Below are positions 51,045 through 62,143 of a DNA stretch of 64,000 nucleotides, in pieces. The stretch is taken from the NCBI GenBank assembly GCA_965233585.1, contig CBDDTI010000746.1, positions 766,720 to 830,719 of the forward strand, written 5' to 3'. Source of the DNA: a bacterium. GTDB taxonomy: Bacteria; SAR324; NAC60-12. Position 1 is the stretch's first letter. Each line of letters opens with the position of its first letter. Below the pieces are notes generated by a model. That model did no database searches. It was given only the letters and a program-made list of their open reading frames with translations, and was not told where the DNA came from. The position numbers and the translations under genes were made by a program.

Positions 51045-52331
51045 TTACAAACTCCAATAGTTTGAGTGAGGAAAGTCATTTTGAGAGAAAGCAGACTTCA
51101 CATCAACCACAACAGAAGGACGTTCGTCTTCCAAACAGGATTGAATGAGGTTGAGATTTTCTAAAAAAGCATCGTGTGCAGTGGCGATGATGACCGTATC
51201 ATACACTTTTCTTTTGGGAAGGCTATGCAGCAAGTCTATACCATAACACTGCTTGACGTCATTTTTATCTGCCATCGGGTCAAAGACCTCTACATGACAT
51301 TGCCATTCCTTTAACTCATGGACAATGTCAATCACTTTGGTATTGCGGACATCGCAGACGTTTTCTTTAAAGGTGAAGCCTAAAACCAAAATTTGTGCTT
51401 TATAAGGAACAAGGCGAGATTGCAAAAGAAGTTTCACCGTCTTTTGTGCTATGAATTGCCCAATAGAGTCATTGATTTTGCGACCTGCAAGAATAATTTC
51501 AGGCTGATAGCCAACCTCCAATGCTTTGTAGGTCAGGTAGTATGGGTCAACGCCAATGCAGTGTCCCCCAACTAACCCCGGTGAAAATTTGGAAAAATTC
51601 CACTTTGTAGAGGCTGCTTCTATGACTTCATGGGTTGGAATCTGAAGTCTGTCAAAAATCAAAGCCAGTTCATTCATCAAAGCGATGTTTAAATCACGTT
51701 GCGTGTTTTCTATCACTTTTGCCGCTTCTGCAACCTTGATAGAAGATGTTGGGAACACTCCTTTTTTGACAATTTGTTGATAGACTGATGCGACTTTTTC
51801 GCACGTTTCGCTGTCTGAACCTGACACAATTTTGACCACGTTTTGTAATGTATGAATGCTGTCACCGGGGTTGACTCGCTCTGGTGAATAACCCACAGTA
51901 AAATGTTCTCCAAACTTCAAGCCCGATGACTTCTCTAAAACAGGAACACATTCTTCCTCTGTTGTGCCTGGGTAAACAGTGGATTCATAGACAACAATGT
52001 CCCCTTGACAAAGAACATTTCCAACAAGATTACTTGCATTTAACAATGGACCTAAATCAGGTTTGAGGGCATCGTCAACTGGAGTAGGAACTGCAATGAT
52101 GTAAAAATTACATTTTTTCAAAAGAGTGGGTTCATGGGTAAGTTGAACAGATGACTCTTTTAAACTTTTATCTGAAACAATCCCTAATGGGACAGTTCCT
52201 TTTTGCAATGCTTCAACTTTATCTTTTGAAAGGTCAAAGCCAGTTACAGGCATTTTTTTTGAAAGTTCTAATGCCAAAGGAAGCCCAACATAACCTAAAC
52301 CAATGACTGCAACATGAAAAGAATTTACCAT
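51045..52331 (-). CDS. nucleotide-sugar 6-dehydrogenase (TviB/WbpO-like)
   Basis: GLGYVGLP, YESTVYPG, YSPERVNPGD, GGHCIGVDPYY. Confidence 0.9.
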   Translation of the reverse strand: MVNSFHVAVIGLGYVGLPLALELSKKMPVTGFDLSKDKVEALQKGTVPLGIVSDKSLKESSVQLTHEPTLLKKCNFYIIAVPTPVDDALKPDLGPLLNASNLVGNVLCQGDIVVYESTVYPGTTEEECVPVLEKSSGLKFGEHFTVGYSPERVNPGDSIHTLQNVVKIVSGSDSETCEKVASVYQQIVKKGVFPTSSIKVAEAAKVIENTQRDLNIALMNELALIFDRLQIPTHEVIEAASTKWNFSKFSPGLVGGHCIGVDPYYLTYKALEVGYQPEIILAGRKINDSIGQFIAQKTVKLLLQSRLVPYKAQILVLGFTFKENVCDVRNTKVIDIVHELKEWQCHVEVFDPMADKNDVKQCYGIDLLHSLPKRKVYDTVIIATAHDAFLENLNLIQSCLEDERPSVVVDVKSAFSQNDFPHSNYWSL

Positions 52332-52442
52332 TTGTAATCCTCTGTGCCTTTGATAAAGCATACTAGCTTATACTAGATTGAGATAAATAAAAGTGCTTTT
52401 TAAAAAAGACAGGTAGATTTTTAGCAATTCCAGTTTGAAAAA

Positions 52443-53087
52443 TTAATGGGTTGGAAAGTGAATAGACGGAGTAGAACAATAATCTTTAAGATACTGCAAA
52501 AAAGATTGTCTGGGGATAAAGCAAGCCCCCATACTCTCTAAATGGTTGGTGTGCATTTGGCAGTCAATGAGCGCAAAGTCCAGAGAACAAAGGAACACAA
52601 GAGCCACCTTAGAAGTGTTAGATGCAAGAGAAAACATAGATTCTCCAAAAAAAATCTGACCAAGATGCACGCCATACAGACCACCTACCAGACACCCCTC
52701 TTGCCAGACTTCAATAGAACTTGCATACCCGTTTTGATGAAGTCTGCAATAGCTTTCTATCATGTTTTCATCAATCCATGTGCCTTCGTTCATTCTCACT
52801 TTTGCACAATTTGTGATGACATCGTAAAAAGAAGTGTTGGTGCGTACTTCAAATCGTTTGAGAACCTTCTTTAAACTCTTTGAAATTTTAATTTGGTCAG
52901 GAAACAAAACAAAGCGGGGGTCAGGACTCCACCACAAAATCGGATCGTTCTGAGAGTACCAAGGAAAAATCCCCTGATAATAAGCACTCAAAAGTCTTGG
53001 CAACGAAAGGTCTCCTCCGTATGCAAGCAAACCTGCAGAAGTACTGGCTTCGTGTGGTGGGAATGGATACAGATTGCTACCTAGCAC
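52443..53087 (-). CDS. aat: leucyl/phenylalanyl-tRNA-protein transferase
   Basis: GIFPW, WWSPDPR, GGLYG, FGESMFS, IDCQ. Confidence 0.95.
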   Translation of the reverse strand: MLGSNLYPFPPHEASTSAGLLAYGGDLSLPRLLSAYYQGIFPWYSQNDPILWWSPDPRFVLFPDQIKISKSLKKVLKRFEVRTNTSFYDVITNCAKVRMNEGTWIDENMIESYCRLHQNGYASSIEVWQEGCLVGGLYGVHLGQIFFGESMFSLASNTSKVALVFLCSLDFALIDCQMHTNHLESMGACFIPRQSFLQYLKDYCSTPSIHFPTH

Positions 53088-53214
53088 AACAGAAGAATTG
53101 CTTGAAATGAATCAAAACTATATCAAGATTGATGAAAAAGAGACTTGCCTTTATTAAAAAGCTACATTAGGCTTTTCATGTTTTGGATTATAAATATTTT
53201 GTGTTGAAAAGAAA

Positions 53215-53631
53215 ATGGATAGAGGTACTTTTTTAAAAATACTAGGGGCAACAAGCACTGGATTCCTTTGTTCAGGCAGTATAGAAGCAGAATCAGACAT
53301 CTTTTTGGACAGAAAAAGGGTGAAAGTCTATGACAACTACGTCAGAGGATTAACCCATTACAGTTGGAAACACTTGAGAGACCAAATTTCTCAAGGCGAC
53401 GAAATTTCTTTGATGAGAGATGCACAAAATGAATATGATTCCTTTGCAGTGGCAGTCATGTATCAAGGACATCAATTAGGATATTTACCCGCGTATGAAA
53501 ATATTACTATTGCCAACCTCATTGACAATGGTGTGACCTTGCAAAGCCGAGTCAGTCAACTGGAGTTAGATGATGAACTAGATGATGAAGATGACTACTA
53601 TGGACAAGAGCTAGCGATAGAAGTTTTTTAG
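53215..53631 (+). CDS. HIRAN domain protein with Tat-like leader (possibly frameshifted; alternative end 53732)
   Basis: MDRGTFLK leader. HIRAN core VRGLTHY...LMRDAQNEYDSFAV...LGYLP. Confidence 0.75.
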   Translation: MDRGTFLKILGATSTGFLCSGSIEAESDIFLDRKRVKVYDNYVRGLTHYSWKHLRDQISQGDEISLMRDAQNEYDSFAVAVMYQGHQLGYLPAYENITIANLIDNGVTLQSRVSQLELDDELDDEDDYYGQELAIEVF

Positions 53632-53784
53632 ATGTTCTTACTCCACGTTATCACATCAAAACACAAGAACTCACAAATCAACGTGCAAGCGATGCTAACG
53701 ATTTGTATAGACAAAGATATTCTTTAAAATAAAATATTCTGTTTTTCTCATTTTTTATAAATCTCAAATAAATAGACAACTGCC

Positions 53785-55191
53785 ATGAGCAAACTCAATA
53801 CAACAGTAGAACAATTAAGCAACGACCTCATTTTAAGAGTCAGATTTGCCAAAACCGTTGGCATAATTGGAGTCATTTCTGCAGAAATTGCAAAACTTGG
53901 AGGTCAAATTACAGCCATTGATTTAGTCCAGACAGACAAGGAGGGAAGCATCCGTGATTTAAGCATCATTTGTGAAAGTTTGGAAAGCACCAAAAAAATT
54001 ATTCAAATGCTTGAAGAAAGCACCAAAGTTGAGTTAATTCGCTACTCCGATCGCACATTTCTGTCCCATATTGGGGGCAAGATTGAAATTGCCAACCGTA
54101 TCCCCGTCAATAATCGTGAAGACCTGTCTATTGCTTACACGCCCGGTGTTGCAAAAATTTGCACAGCCATTCAGCAAAGCCCTGATGATGCTTACAACCT
54201 CACAATCAAGGGTAATACGGTTGCCGTTGTGAGTGATGGCAGTGCTGTGCTGGGTCTTGGAAACATTGGAGCGCGTGCGGCAATGCCTGTCATGGAAGGT
54301 AAAGCGATGCTTTTTAAACGTTTTGCCAACATTGATGCCTTCCCTATTTGCTTAGCAGAACAAAAGACAGCTGACATCGTCAAAATTGTGAAAGCATTAG
54401 AACCCACTTTTGGCGGAATCAATTTGGAAGACATTGCCGCACCTCGTTGTTTTGAAATTGAAAAACAACTCCAAGATGAACTGGACATTCCTGTTTTTCA
54501 CGATGACCAACATGGAACTGCTGTTGTCTGTACTGCCGCCTTAATCAATACTCTCAAACTCATTGGTAAAAAAGCCAAAGACTTAAAAGTCGTGATTCTT
54601 GGTGCAGGAGCAGCAGGAACAGCATGTGCGAAAATGATTGCGGAACTAGGAGTCCCCAATATCATTGCATGTGATAGAAAAGGGGCGATTCACAAAGCAA
54701 GAACAGACTTGACGCCTGAAAAACTCTGGCTTGCAGAACATACCAATACCCAACAGCTCAGAGGTGATTTAAGTCAAGTGATTCGTGGTGCAGACGTGTT
54801 TCTTGGGGTGTCAGGACCGGGTTTGCTTTCGTTAGAAAATTTAAAATTGATGGCAAAGGACGCTGTTGTTTTTGCAATGGCAAACCCCATTCCTGAGATC
54901 ATGCCAGAAGAAGCGTTGCCTCATGTGGCAGTCATGGCAACAGGGCGAAGCGATTATGCTAATCAAATCAATAATGTACTTTGCTTTCCCGGCATTTTTC
55001 GTGGTGCATTAGATTCCAAAGCCAAATGTATCAGCGAGGACATGAAAATGGCAGCAGCGATTGCCATTGCTCACACGATTGAAGAAGAAGAGCTACAACC
55101 TGAATACATCATCCCAAGTTGCTTTGACCTTCGTGTTGTTAAAAATGTTTCCCAAGCTGTTGCCAGAGCTAGCTCAAAAGTAAGCACCTGA
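53785..55191 (+). CDS. malic enzyme with N-terminal ACT domain
   Basis: AYTPGVA, DGSAVLGLG, MEGKA, NLEDI, HDDQHGT, TGRSD. Confidence 0.93.
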   Translation: MSKLNTTVEQLSNDLILRVRFAKTVGIIGVISAEIAKLGGQITAIDLVQTDKEGSIRDLSIICESLESTKKIIQMLEESTKVELIRYSDRTFLSHIGGKIEIANRIPVNNREDLSIAYTPGVAKICTAIQQSPDDAYNLTIKGNTVAVVSDGSAVLGLGNIGARAAMPVMEGKAMLFKRFANIDAFPICLAEQKTADIVKIVKALEPTFGGINLEDIAAPRCFEIEKQLQDELDIPVFHDDQHGTAVVCTAALINTLKLIGKKAKDLKVVILGAGAAGTACAKMIAELGVPNIIACDRKGAIHKARTDLTPEKLWLAEHTNTQQLRGDLSQVIRGADVFLGVSGPGLLSLENLKLMAKDAVVFAMANPIPEIMPEEALPHVAVMATGRSDYANQINNVLCFPGIFRGALDSKAKCISEDMKMAAAIAIAHTIEEEELQPEYIIPSCFDLRVVKNVSQAVARASSKVST

Positions 55192-55959
55192 AAGCATCAT
55201 GGAACGGTTGACCGATTGAAGTTGCTCGCCCATTTCTACAAAATCCAGAGGAATTTTTGTCTCCAGTTGTTTGGCACGTTTTTGCCTCTCTTGATAGTTT
55301 GGAATGGGATTTGATGTATTTGATGTTAAAATAATGGCATTTTCCATTTGCAAAGCAGAGATCAAAAAAAGATGACAAAAGACTGTGTCCCCTATTCGCA
55401 GTTGCCTAGAAAGAGAAAAATTGGCAGTCCAAGTGTTGGTGACAACCCAACCATCTGGTGTGAGCATCTGACTGAGTTGGGCATAAAAAGGTCGTTGTTG
55501 CAGCTCACTTGGTGTACCTTCTGCCGTGAAAGCGTCCATAAAAATTAGGTCATAGTTCTCACCTTCATTTTTCCATGTGGAAGCATCTGCTAAATGCACT
55601 TTTGTCGTGGCATGAGGTTTGAACCCGAAGTATCGTTGTGCAACTTCTATGACAACAGGATTGTATTCTAGGATCTCCTGTTTCACATCAGGAAAGTAAT
55701 TTTGAAAAAAACGTGGCAAGGCGGCTCCGCCTAGTCCAACGTGTAACACACGTTCTATTTTGGGACACAAAAGTAAGGCAAGCGTCATATATCTGGTATA
55801 AGCCAAGCTCAAAGTCTCTGGTGAATCAAGAAGGATTTGACTTTGCTTGACTCTATTGCCAAAACGCAAGATTCTTGAATTGGGTGTTTCAAAAACCTGT
55901 ACTAAAGTTTTGTTCCAGTTTGACTGAAAGATGAGTTTTTCTTGGGAAAATAACCACAT
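55174..55959 (-). CDS. spermidine-synthase-like SAM-dependent protein
   Basis: LAYTRYM, VGLGGAAL, YDLIFMDAF. Confidence 0.75.
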   Translation of the reverse strand: MWLFSQEKLIFQSNWNKTLVQVFETPNSRILRFGNRVKQSQILLDSPETLSLAYTRYMTLALLLCPKIERVLHVGLGGAALPRFFQNYFPDVKQEILEYNPVVIEVAQRYFGFKPHATTKVHLADASTWKNEGENYDLIFMDAFTAEGTPSELQQRPFYAQLSQMLTPDGWVVTNTWTANFSLSRQLRIGDTVFCHLFLISALQMENAIILTSNTSNPIPNYQERQKRAKQLETKIPLDFVEMGEQLQSVNRSMMLSGAYF

Positions 55960-55974
55960 TTTGAGAAATTGAAG

Positions 55975-57216
55975 ATGAAATTGAATGACGCCATTGTCTC
56001 AGAAAATTTTCAAGAAGTAGAGATGCTATTGCAAAGCGGAACAGATATAAATCTCAAAAACGCTGAAGGTTTCTATCCCATTCATTATTGCGTACAACAA
56101 AAACAGCTGGAGATTCTTAAATTGTTGCTCAGCTATGGTGCATCAGCTCATGCAGTCAATGCTTCAGGCAATACAGTGTTACACGATTGTGCGGCTTGGG
56201 GAAATACAGAGGCTCTTTTGCTACTTATACAATATGGGGCAAAAGTCAATAGTCAAGACCGTTATGGCAACACTCCTCTGCATCATGCGGCACAAAGGGG
56301 GCATGATCAAGCAATTCAACTGCTTTTAACATCAGGTGCGAACATCAATGATGCGAACAATTACGGCAACATTCCCCTACATTGGGCTGTGGAGTCAGGA
56401 CATGCTGAGTCTGTCAGAAAGCTCATCGCCTATGGCTCGCACATTGATTGCCAAAATGCGCAAGGATATACCCCCCTTCACTATGCGGCAGAATGGGATC
56501 GGTCTGACATTTTGGGGCTACTGATTGACTCTGGTGCAAATGTCAACAATCGCAATAAAAAATATGGAGACACCCCTTTGCATACAGCCATTTACAAAAA
56601 AAATATTAAAATCATAGACCAGTTGTTGCTAAGCAGCGCCAGTACCTCCATAGCCAACCAAGAGGGACTGACTCCTATTGACTTTGCAAATCAGCATCAC
56701 CAAAAAGACATTGTCTCTATTCTTGAAAGTTTCCAGTCGTATGAAGACGATCATAATTTATCAGAAATCTCGTGGTGTTTAGACAATCCTGACCAAATCC
56801 AAAATCCGCATCTCAAAGATGAAAATGGAGACACCCTGCTTCATTTTGCAGCAGAACAAGGACGTCATCTGGTTGTTGGTAGGCTTCTCATGCTAGGTGC
56901 TTCAGTCAATGAGGCAAACCGTCAGGGACACACCCCTTTGCACGAGGCAGCGATGCGGGGGCATACTCAAGTGATAGGACAATTTATTGTTGCAGGGGCA
57001 ATGGTCAATGCACAAGACCATCAAGGCAACACCCCTTTGCATCATGTTGCCAAAATTGGCAAGGAAGATGCAGGAGTCCTTTTGATCTTAAACCATGCAG
57101 ACATTGCCTTGCAGAACTGTGACAACCAAACGCCTTTTGACGTCGCATTTCTTCATGGAAATAAGACAAGTCTGTTAAAATGGAAACAATTCAGAAAAAA
57201 AAGATTTAATGACTGA
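55975..57216 (+). CDS. ankyrin repeat protein (~11 repeats in two blocks)
   Basis: Repeated GxTPLHxAA...GAxVN motifs. Confidence 0.93.
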   Translation: MKLNDAIVSENFQEVEMLLQSGTDINLKNAEGFYPIHYCVQQKQLEILKLLLSYGASAHAVNASGNTVLHDCAAWGNTEALLLLIQYGAKVNSQDRYGNTPLHHAAQRGHDQAIQLLLTSGANINDANNYGNIPLHWAVESGHAESVRKLIAYGSHIDCQNAQGYTPLHYAAEWDRSDILGLLIDSGANVNNRNKKYGDTPLHTAIYKKNIKIIDQLLLSSASTSIANQEGLTPIDFANQHHQKDIVSILESFQSYEDDHNLSEISWCLDNPDQIQNPHLKDENGDTLLHFAAEQGRHLVVGRLLMLGASVNEANRQGHTPLHEAAMRGHTQVIGQFIVAGAMVNAQDHQGNTPLHHVAKIGKEDAGVLLILNHADIALQNCDNQTPFDVAFLHGNKTSLLKWKQFRKKRFND

Positions 57217-57514
57217 AAATATTACCTTGGATACTCTTTCTAACAAAGACGGAGTCAGAGTGACTGTGAACTGTATAGATATGAATCAGAATGGACGTGC
57301 TGATTTACTCTCTTTTATAGGAGAAAAAGGGAGTATTGGTATGGCTGTGGTAGATTCAGAAAATCACACGATTTCTAGCATGTACATCTTTCAAGACATT
57401 ACAGGAGATGGCATGCTAGACGAAGACGATGAAACCCGCCTTCGTGACATGTCAGAAAAAATACTTCAGAAATACTCTAGTCAAATTCCAAGTCAGGTGG
57501 ATATTTTATTGTGA
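57209..57514 (+). CDS. small acidic protein with Dx[DN]xDG-like loops
   Basis: DMNQNGRAD and DITGDGMLDEDD. Overlaps the ankyrin gene stop. Confidence 0.6.
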   Translation: MTENITLDTLSNKDGVRVTVNCIDMNQNGRADLLSFIGEKGSIGMAVVDSENHTISSMYIFQDITGDGMLDEDDETRLRDMSEKILQKYSSQIPSQVDILL

Positions 57515-58192
57515 AGTCTCTTCTAACTTCACATAAATATACTGAACCACATCAAAAGGAAGCGTCACCTGTTGCTTAGTCGCATGAACTTCCAACGTGA
57601 CAGAGTGTGTGGAATCCAGTCGTTCTGACATCGTGTGAACAGAATTAGGAACAACACCTTTATTGTGAAGATGCTTGAGCAATTCTTCTGAATCCTCCAA
57701 AATTTCATCAACCATCATCACCCTAAAAGATTGTCCTATCTCAACAGATTGCAAAGCAATCCATTGGCTCAACTCTTCCCTGTAACCGTAGATAGGGACG
57801 CCATGCGGACAAAATTCAGGATAATTCAGAAACTCTGCAAGTTTTTCCACAACCAATGGAGCCATCGCATGTTCCAATGTATGGGCGTATTTGTGGACTT
57901 CATACCAGGGAATTTTGAGTGTTGATGACAAGAAACATTCTGTCAAGTTATGGCGATAAATCAGCTTTTTTGCTTCCATCTCTCCAAATTCTGTCAGTTC
58001 TACTTTTTTCTTGTCATTGATGATAACCAAGTGGTCCCGCCCCATTCTCCCCAATGTCGCATGGACAGTGGAGGGAGTGGTTTTTAGACGTTTAGAAATG
58101 TCAATTGCTCTGACCCTTCCTCTTTCACCTCTAATTAAATAAATCGCTTGAAGATACTCCTCAATGACGGGAGAAAGTCCCTCTTCTGCCAT
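57506..58192 (-). CDS. DtxR/MntR family metal-dependent regulator
   Basis: EEYLQAIY, RHNLTECFL, LEHA, CPHGVPI, and a FeoA-like tail. Confidence 0.9.
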   Translation of the reverse strand: MAEEGLSPVIEEYLQAIYLIRGERGRVRAIDISKRLKTTPSTVHATLGRMGRDHLVIINDKKKVELTEFGEMEAKKLIYRHNLTECFLSSTLKIPWYEVHKYAHTLEHAMAPLVVEKLAEFLNYPEFCPHGVPIYGYREELSQWIALQSVEIGQSFRVMMVDEILEDSEELLKHLHNKGVVPNSVHTMSERLDSTHSVTLEVHATKQQVTLPFDVVQYIYVKLEETSQ

Positions 58193-58227
58193 ATTTCACC
58201 TTTTGTTTTTTGTTCAATGTTAATCAA

Positions 58228-60327
58228 TTAGTCTTCTTCTTTTAAAAGCTCTGATCGTTCTTTGATGACTTTATCTTGGACAAATGATGGAGTTTTTGCA
58301 TACTTCTCAAATTCCATAGAATAACCTGCTTTACCTGCAGTCAGAGAACGAAGTTGCGTCGCATAACCAAACATTTCAGATAAGGGGACATGTGCAGTAA
58401 TCACGGTGTCATCTCCCTCTACCGACGTGCCTTGAATTTCTCCACGTCTTGAGCTTAAATCACCAATCACAGAGCCTTGATAGTCTGTTGGGGTCTCTAC
58501 TTCTACCTTCATCATGGGTTCTAACAATGCGGCATTGGCACGTTGAACTGCCTGTTTCATGGCAGCACGTGATGCTAAACGATAGGCGAGGTCACTTGAA
58601 TCCACATCGTGATATTTTCCATCGTTCAACGTCACTTTGACTCCTACCATTGGAAACGCTGCAAGCGGTCCTTTTGACATCACATCTTGAAAACCCTTTT
58701 CACATGCAGGAATATGTTCGGAAGGAATGGATCCTCCAAAAATATCATTCACAAACTCAAAACCTGTCTCATGGTTTAAGGGCAGTGGTTCTATCTTGCC
58801 TGTGACTCCCGCATACTGACCTGAACCTCCTGTTTGCTTTTTGTGCAAATAATCAAATTCTGCCTCTGTGCTGATTGCCTCGCGATAATTCACCTGAGGT
58901 GCGCCAACAGCAACCTCTACCTGATACTCACGTCTCATACGTTCAATGTAAATATCAAGATGAAGCTCTCCCATGCCAGAGATATGCGTCTCGCTTGACT
59001 CTTCGTCAAACGACACACGGAACGTTGGGTCTTCACGCATAAAGCGACCTAATGCTTTACTCATACGGGCTTGATTGTCATTGTCTTTGGCTTCAATGGA
59101 CAAAGAAATCACAGGAATCGGCACGTGCATTGACTCACAAGTCACTTTCTGTTCTGAGGAGCAAAAAGTGTCCCCAGAGGCACAATCTACCCCTATCATG
59201 GCAATAATGTCTCCTGCACCTGCTACATCAATATTTTCACGATCGTTGGAGTGCATACGAACCATGCGTCCCACACGAAATTTTTTACCAGTGCGGACGT
59301 TGACAACTTGTTCACCTTTGCGGAGTGTCCCCTGATAAATTCTTGTATAGGTCAGCTGACCAAATTGTTCTTCTGTCAATTTAAATGCCATAGCAACTAA
59401 AGGCTTGGAAGAATCTGGGACAAGCTCCACCACTTTTGACTCATCTTGAGGGTCTTTGGCTTGTGATGGCTCTGCTTCCAATGGAGATGGCAAATAACGT
59501 GTGACAGCATCAAGCAAGACTTGAACACCTTTGTTTTTAAAGGCAGACCCCATCATCACAGGGCAGAGTTGCAGACTTTGCACGCCTTTTTTAATGGCGG
59601 CATGGATTTGCTCTTCCTCAATGTCTTTATCTTCCAGCAAATCCTCCATCAGCTGATCGTCAAACATAGATGCGGCTTCCAAAAGCTCCATACGTCTTTC
59701 CTCTGATTCTTCTTGCAAATGTTCTGGAATCTCCTCAACGCGAACAGTCTCTCCTTGAGTCCCATCAAAGTAAATGGCTTTCATGCTAATCAAATCCACA
59801 ACTCCTTGATGGTCATCTTCTAAACCTATCGGAATCTGCATGGCAACAGCATTCAAACCAAGCGTTTCACGAAGTCCTTTAACCCCTTTGAATGGATTAG
59901 CTCCCATGCGGTCTAGCTTATTCACAAAAGCAATGCGTGGCACACGGTATCGCTTCATTTGACGGTCTACCGTAATGGATTGGGATTGTATTCCTGCCAC
60001 ACCGCATAACACAAGGATTGCACCATCAAGGACACGCAGTGAACGTTCCACCTCTACTGTGAAGTCCACATGTCCCGGTGTGTCAATGATGTTGATAGTC
60101 TTGTCTTGCCAAAACACTGTGGTTGCCGCCGAGGTAATGGTGATGCCTTTTTCCTTTTCCAGCTCCATGTGGTCCATCGTGGCACCACTTCCGCCCCCTC
60201 TCACTTCTTCCACCTTGTGAATTTTACCTGCATAAAACAAGATCCGTTCTGTCAATGTGGTCTTTCCGCTGTCAATGTGAGCAGAAATACCAATGTTCCT
60301 CATGTTGTTGATTGCTTTTTGATCCAT
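58228..60327 (-). CDS. fusA: elongation factor G (spdEFG1-type)
   Basis: [46 protein letters not shown]. Confidence 0.96.
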   Translation of the reverse strand: MDQKAINNMRNIGISAHIDSGKTTLTERILFYAGKIHKVEEVRGGGSGATMDHMELEKEKGITITSAATTVFWQDKTINIIDTPGHVDFTVEVERSLRVLDGAILVLCGVAGIQSQSITVDRQMKRYRVPRIAFVNKLDRMGANPFKGVKGLRETLGLNAVAMQIPIGLEDDHQGVVDLISMKAIYFDGTQGETVRVEEIPEHLQEESEERRMELLEAASMFDDQLMEDLLEDKDIEEEQIHAAIKKGVQSLQLCPVMMGSAFKNKGVQVLLDAVTRYLPSPLEAEPSQAKDPQDESKVVELVPDSSKPLVAMAFKLTEEQFGQLTYTRIYQGTLRKGEQVVNVRTGKKFRVGRMVRMHSNDRENIDVAGAGDIIAMIGVDCASGDTFCSSEQKVTCESMHVPIPVISLSIEAKDNDNQARMSKALGRFMREDPTFRVSFDEESSETHISGMGELHLDIYIERMRREYQVEVAVGAPQVNYREAISTEAEFDYLHKKQTGGSGQYAGVTGKIEPLPLNHETGFEFVNDIFGGSIPSEHIPACEKGFQDVMSKGPLAAFPMVGVKVTLNDGKYHDVDSSDLAYRLASRAAMKQAVQRANAALLEPMMKVEVETPTDYQGSVIGDLSSRRGEIQGTSVEGDDTVITAHVPLSEMFGYATQLRSLTAGKAGYSMEFEKYAKTPSFVQDKVIKERSELLKEED

Positions 60328-60683
60328 ATTCAATTTCTTACTTCTGAAGTCAATTAAATTCGGTTATGCTAATTTTTTTCAGAAAAATATTCAACCTATA
60401 TTTTTAAAATTTTAAAAAAAATTTTGACATGACCCATTCCATTGAGGTTTTTCGTAGTCAATTTTTGATGAGTGAAGAGCCAAGCAGAAACTCATATTTC
60501 CTCTTATTTCCTTCGGTCAAGTACGGTGAGACGTTGGAACAACTGGTCAAAGGAGGCTGGCATTTCAAGCTAAGAGTAGTTTAGAATAGTCGGTTTTGAT
60601 TGAAAGGAGGTTAAGAATGACTTCCAAGACCATTCAGTCTGTTCATCATTCCAAATTCCAAAAGAAAATTTATCAAGACCATT

Positions 60684-61118
60684 ATGAAACCATCTAATGA
60701 AAGAGACGTGCAACTGTTGCAGTCTATTCACGAGGCAATCAAAAGTTTTGTCATCTCTGAGGCACAGATGCAAGAGCTTCAACCTATGCCATCTTTTGAA
60801 CGTCGTATGGTGCATGAGGCGGCAAGATCATACCAAGTGCGGACAGAGTCTGTTGGAGAAGAGGAACGATTTATCTGCCTGATTAGAACGGAGCAGTCTC
60901 ATGTCCCTGAACATCTTGAATTTGGTTTCAAAGACAGTTCAAACATCACTTATGATTTTGGAGACCAAATTTTCTATGCAAAACCCAATACCCAAATTGC
61001 TTTGTTCGGTGATGGAAGTGTTGGGGTGCATCAAGGGCAACCATGTCTGGATTCTAAAATCATCGTCAGAGGGGACTTTTGTATTCGCAAAAGTCGCATC
61101 ATCTCGCCTCCTGCATAA
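60684..61118 (+). CDS. R3H domain protein
   Basis: LQPMPSFERRMVHE...TESVGE..R. Confidence 0.8.
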   Translation: MKPSNERDVQLLQSIHEAIKSFVISEAQMQELQPMPSFERRMVHEAARSYQVRTESVGEEERFICLIRTEQSHVPEHLEFGFKDSSNITYDFGDQIFYAKPNTQIALFGDGSVGVHQGQPCLDSKIIVRGDFCIRKSRIISPPA

Positions 61119-61279
61119 TACAACGATTATTTGCTGAACGCTGGGCTATGCAAATCTTTGAAAAATCACCTTTCAAAACATTCGCCTCATCTGAAAAAGT
61201 CAGTCAAGATTTGTGATTCCAAACCATTGCTTTTTTGGCAAGCCTCTAGCTTTTAAAACATTCAAACCATAGAAAACAC

Positions 61280-62143
61280 ATGAAAGTCATCGTTTTTGGA
61301 GGTTCTGGTTTTTTGGGGTCTCATGTTTGTGACAAGCTAAGTGATGAAGGGTATTTGGTCAGTATTTTTGACTGCAACACCTCACCTTACCAAAGAGCAA
61401 GCCAAGAAATGATCGTCGGTGACTTACTAGATGAAACGTTGGTGTCCAAAGTTGTCAAAAATGCTGACATTGTTTTCAATTTTGCAGGAATTTCTGATTT
61501 AGGCGATGCCAATAGAGAACCTGTGAAAACGGTGAAGTATAATATTTTGGGCAACTCCATCGTCTTAGAGGCATGTCGTCAAGCCAAAATCAAACGTTAT
61601 GTTTTTGCAAGCTCGGTCTATGTTTACAGCTCATCAGGGGGGATTTATCGTAGCACCAAACAAGCATGTGAATTGCTGATTGAGAACTATCAAAACCTGT
61701 TTGGTTTGGAGTATGTCATCTTACGTTATGGCTCGCTTTATGGTTTGAGGTCTGATAAACGCAACACCATCTATCGTCTCGTCAAACAAGCCTTGCAAGA
61801 GAACAAGATGAGCTACACTGGAGCAAGTGATTCATTGAGGGAATACATTCATGTAGAAGATGCGGCAAGGGCAAGTGTGCATCTTCTCAAACCAGAGTAT
61901 CGCAACGAGCAAATTGTTCTCACAGGGCATCACCCCCAACCTGTGCAAGATGTGATGAAAATGATTGCTGAAATTTTAGGCAGTCCCATTGAAATGGAAT
62001 TTGAAATCAACCCAGATGATGCCCATTATGCCCTGACTCCTTATTCTTTCAACCCTCGTTTAGGCAAAAAATTCATTCCTCCGCTCCATGTAGATTTAGG
62101 TCAAGGGATTTTACAGCTCATTGAAGACTTGAGTTGCACCTGA
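61280..62143 (+). CDS. NAD-dependent epimerase/dehydratase
   Basis: GGSGFLG, ASSVY, YRSTK, LRYGSLYG, REYIHV. Confidence 0.9.
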   Translation: MKVIVFGGSGFLGSHVCDKLSDEGYLVSIFDCNTSPYQRASQEMIVGDLLDETLVSKVVKNADIVFNFAGISDLGDANREPVKTVKYNILGNSIVLEACRQAKIKRYVFASSVYVYSSSGGIYRSTKQACELLIENYQNLFGLEYVILRYGSLYGLRSDKRNTIYRLVKQALQENKMSYTGASDSLREYIHVEDAARASVHLLKPEYRNEQIVLTGHHPQPVQDVMKMIAEILGSPIEMEFEINPDDAHYALTPYSFNPRLGKKFIPPLHVDLGQGILQLIEDLSCT

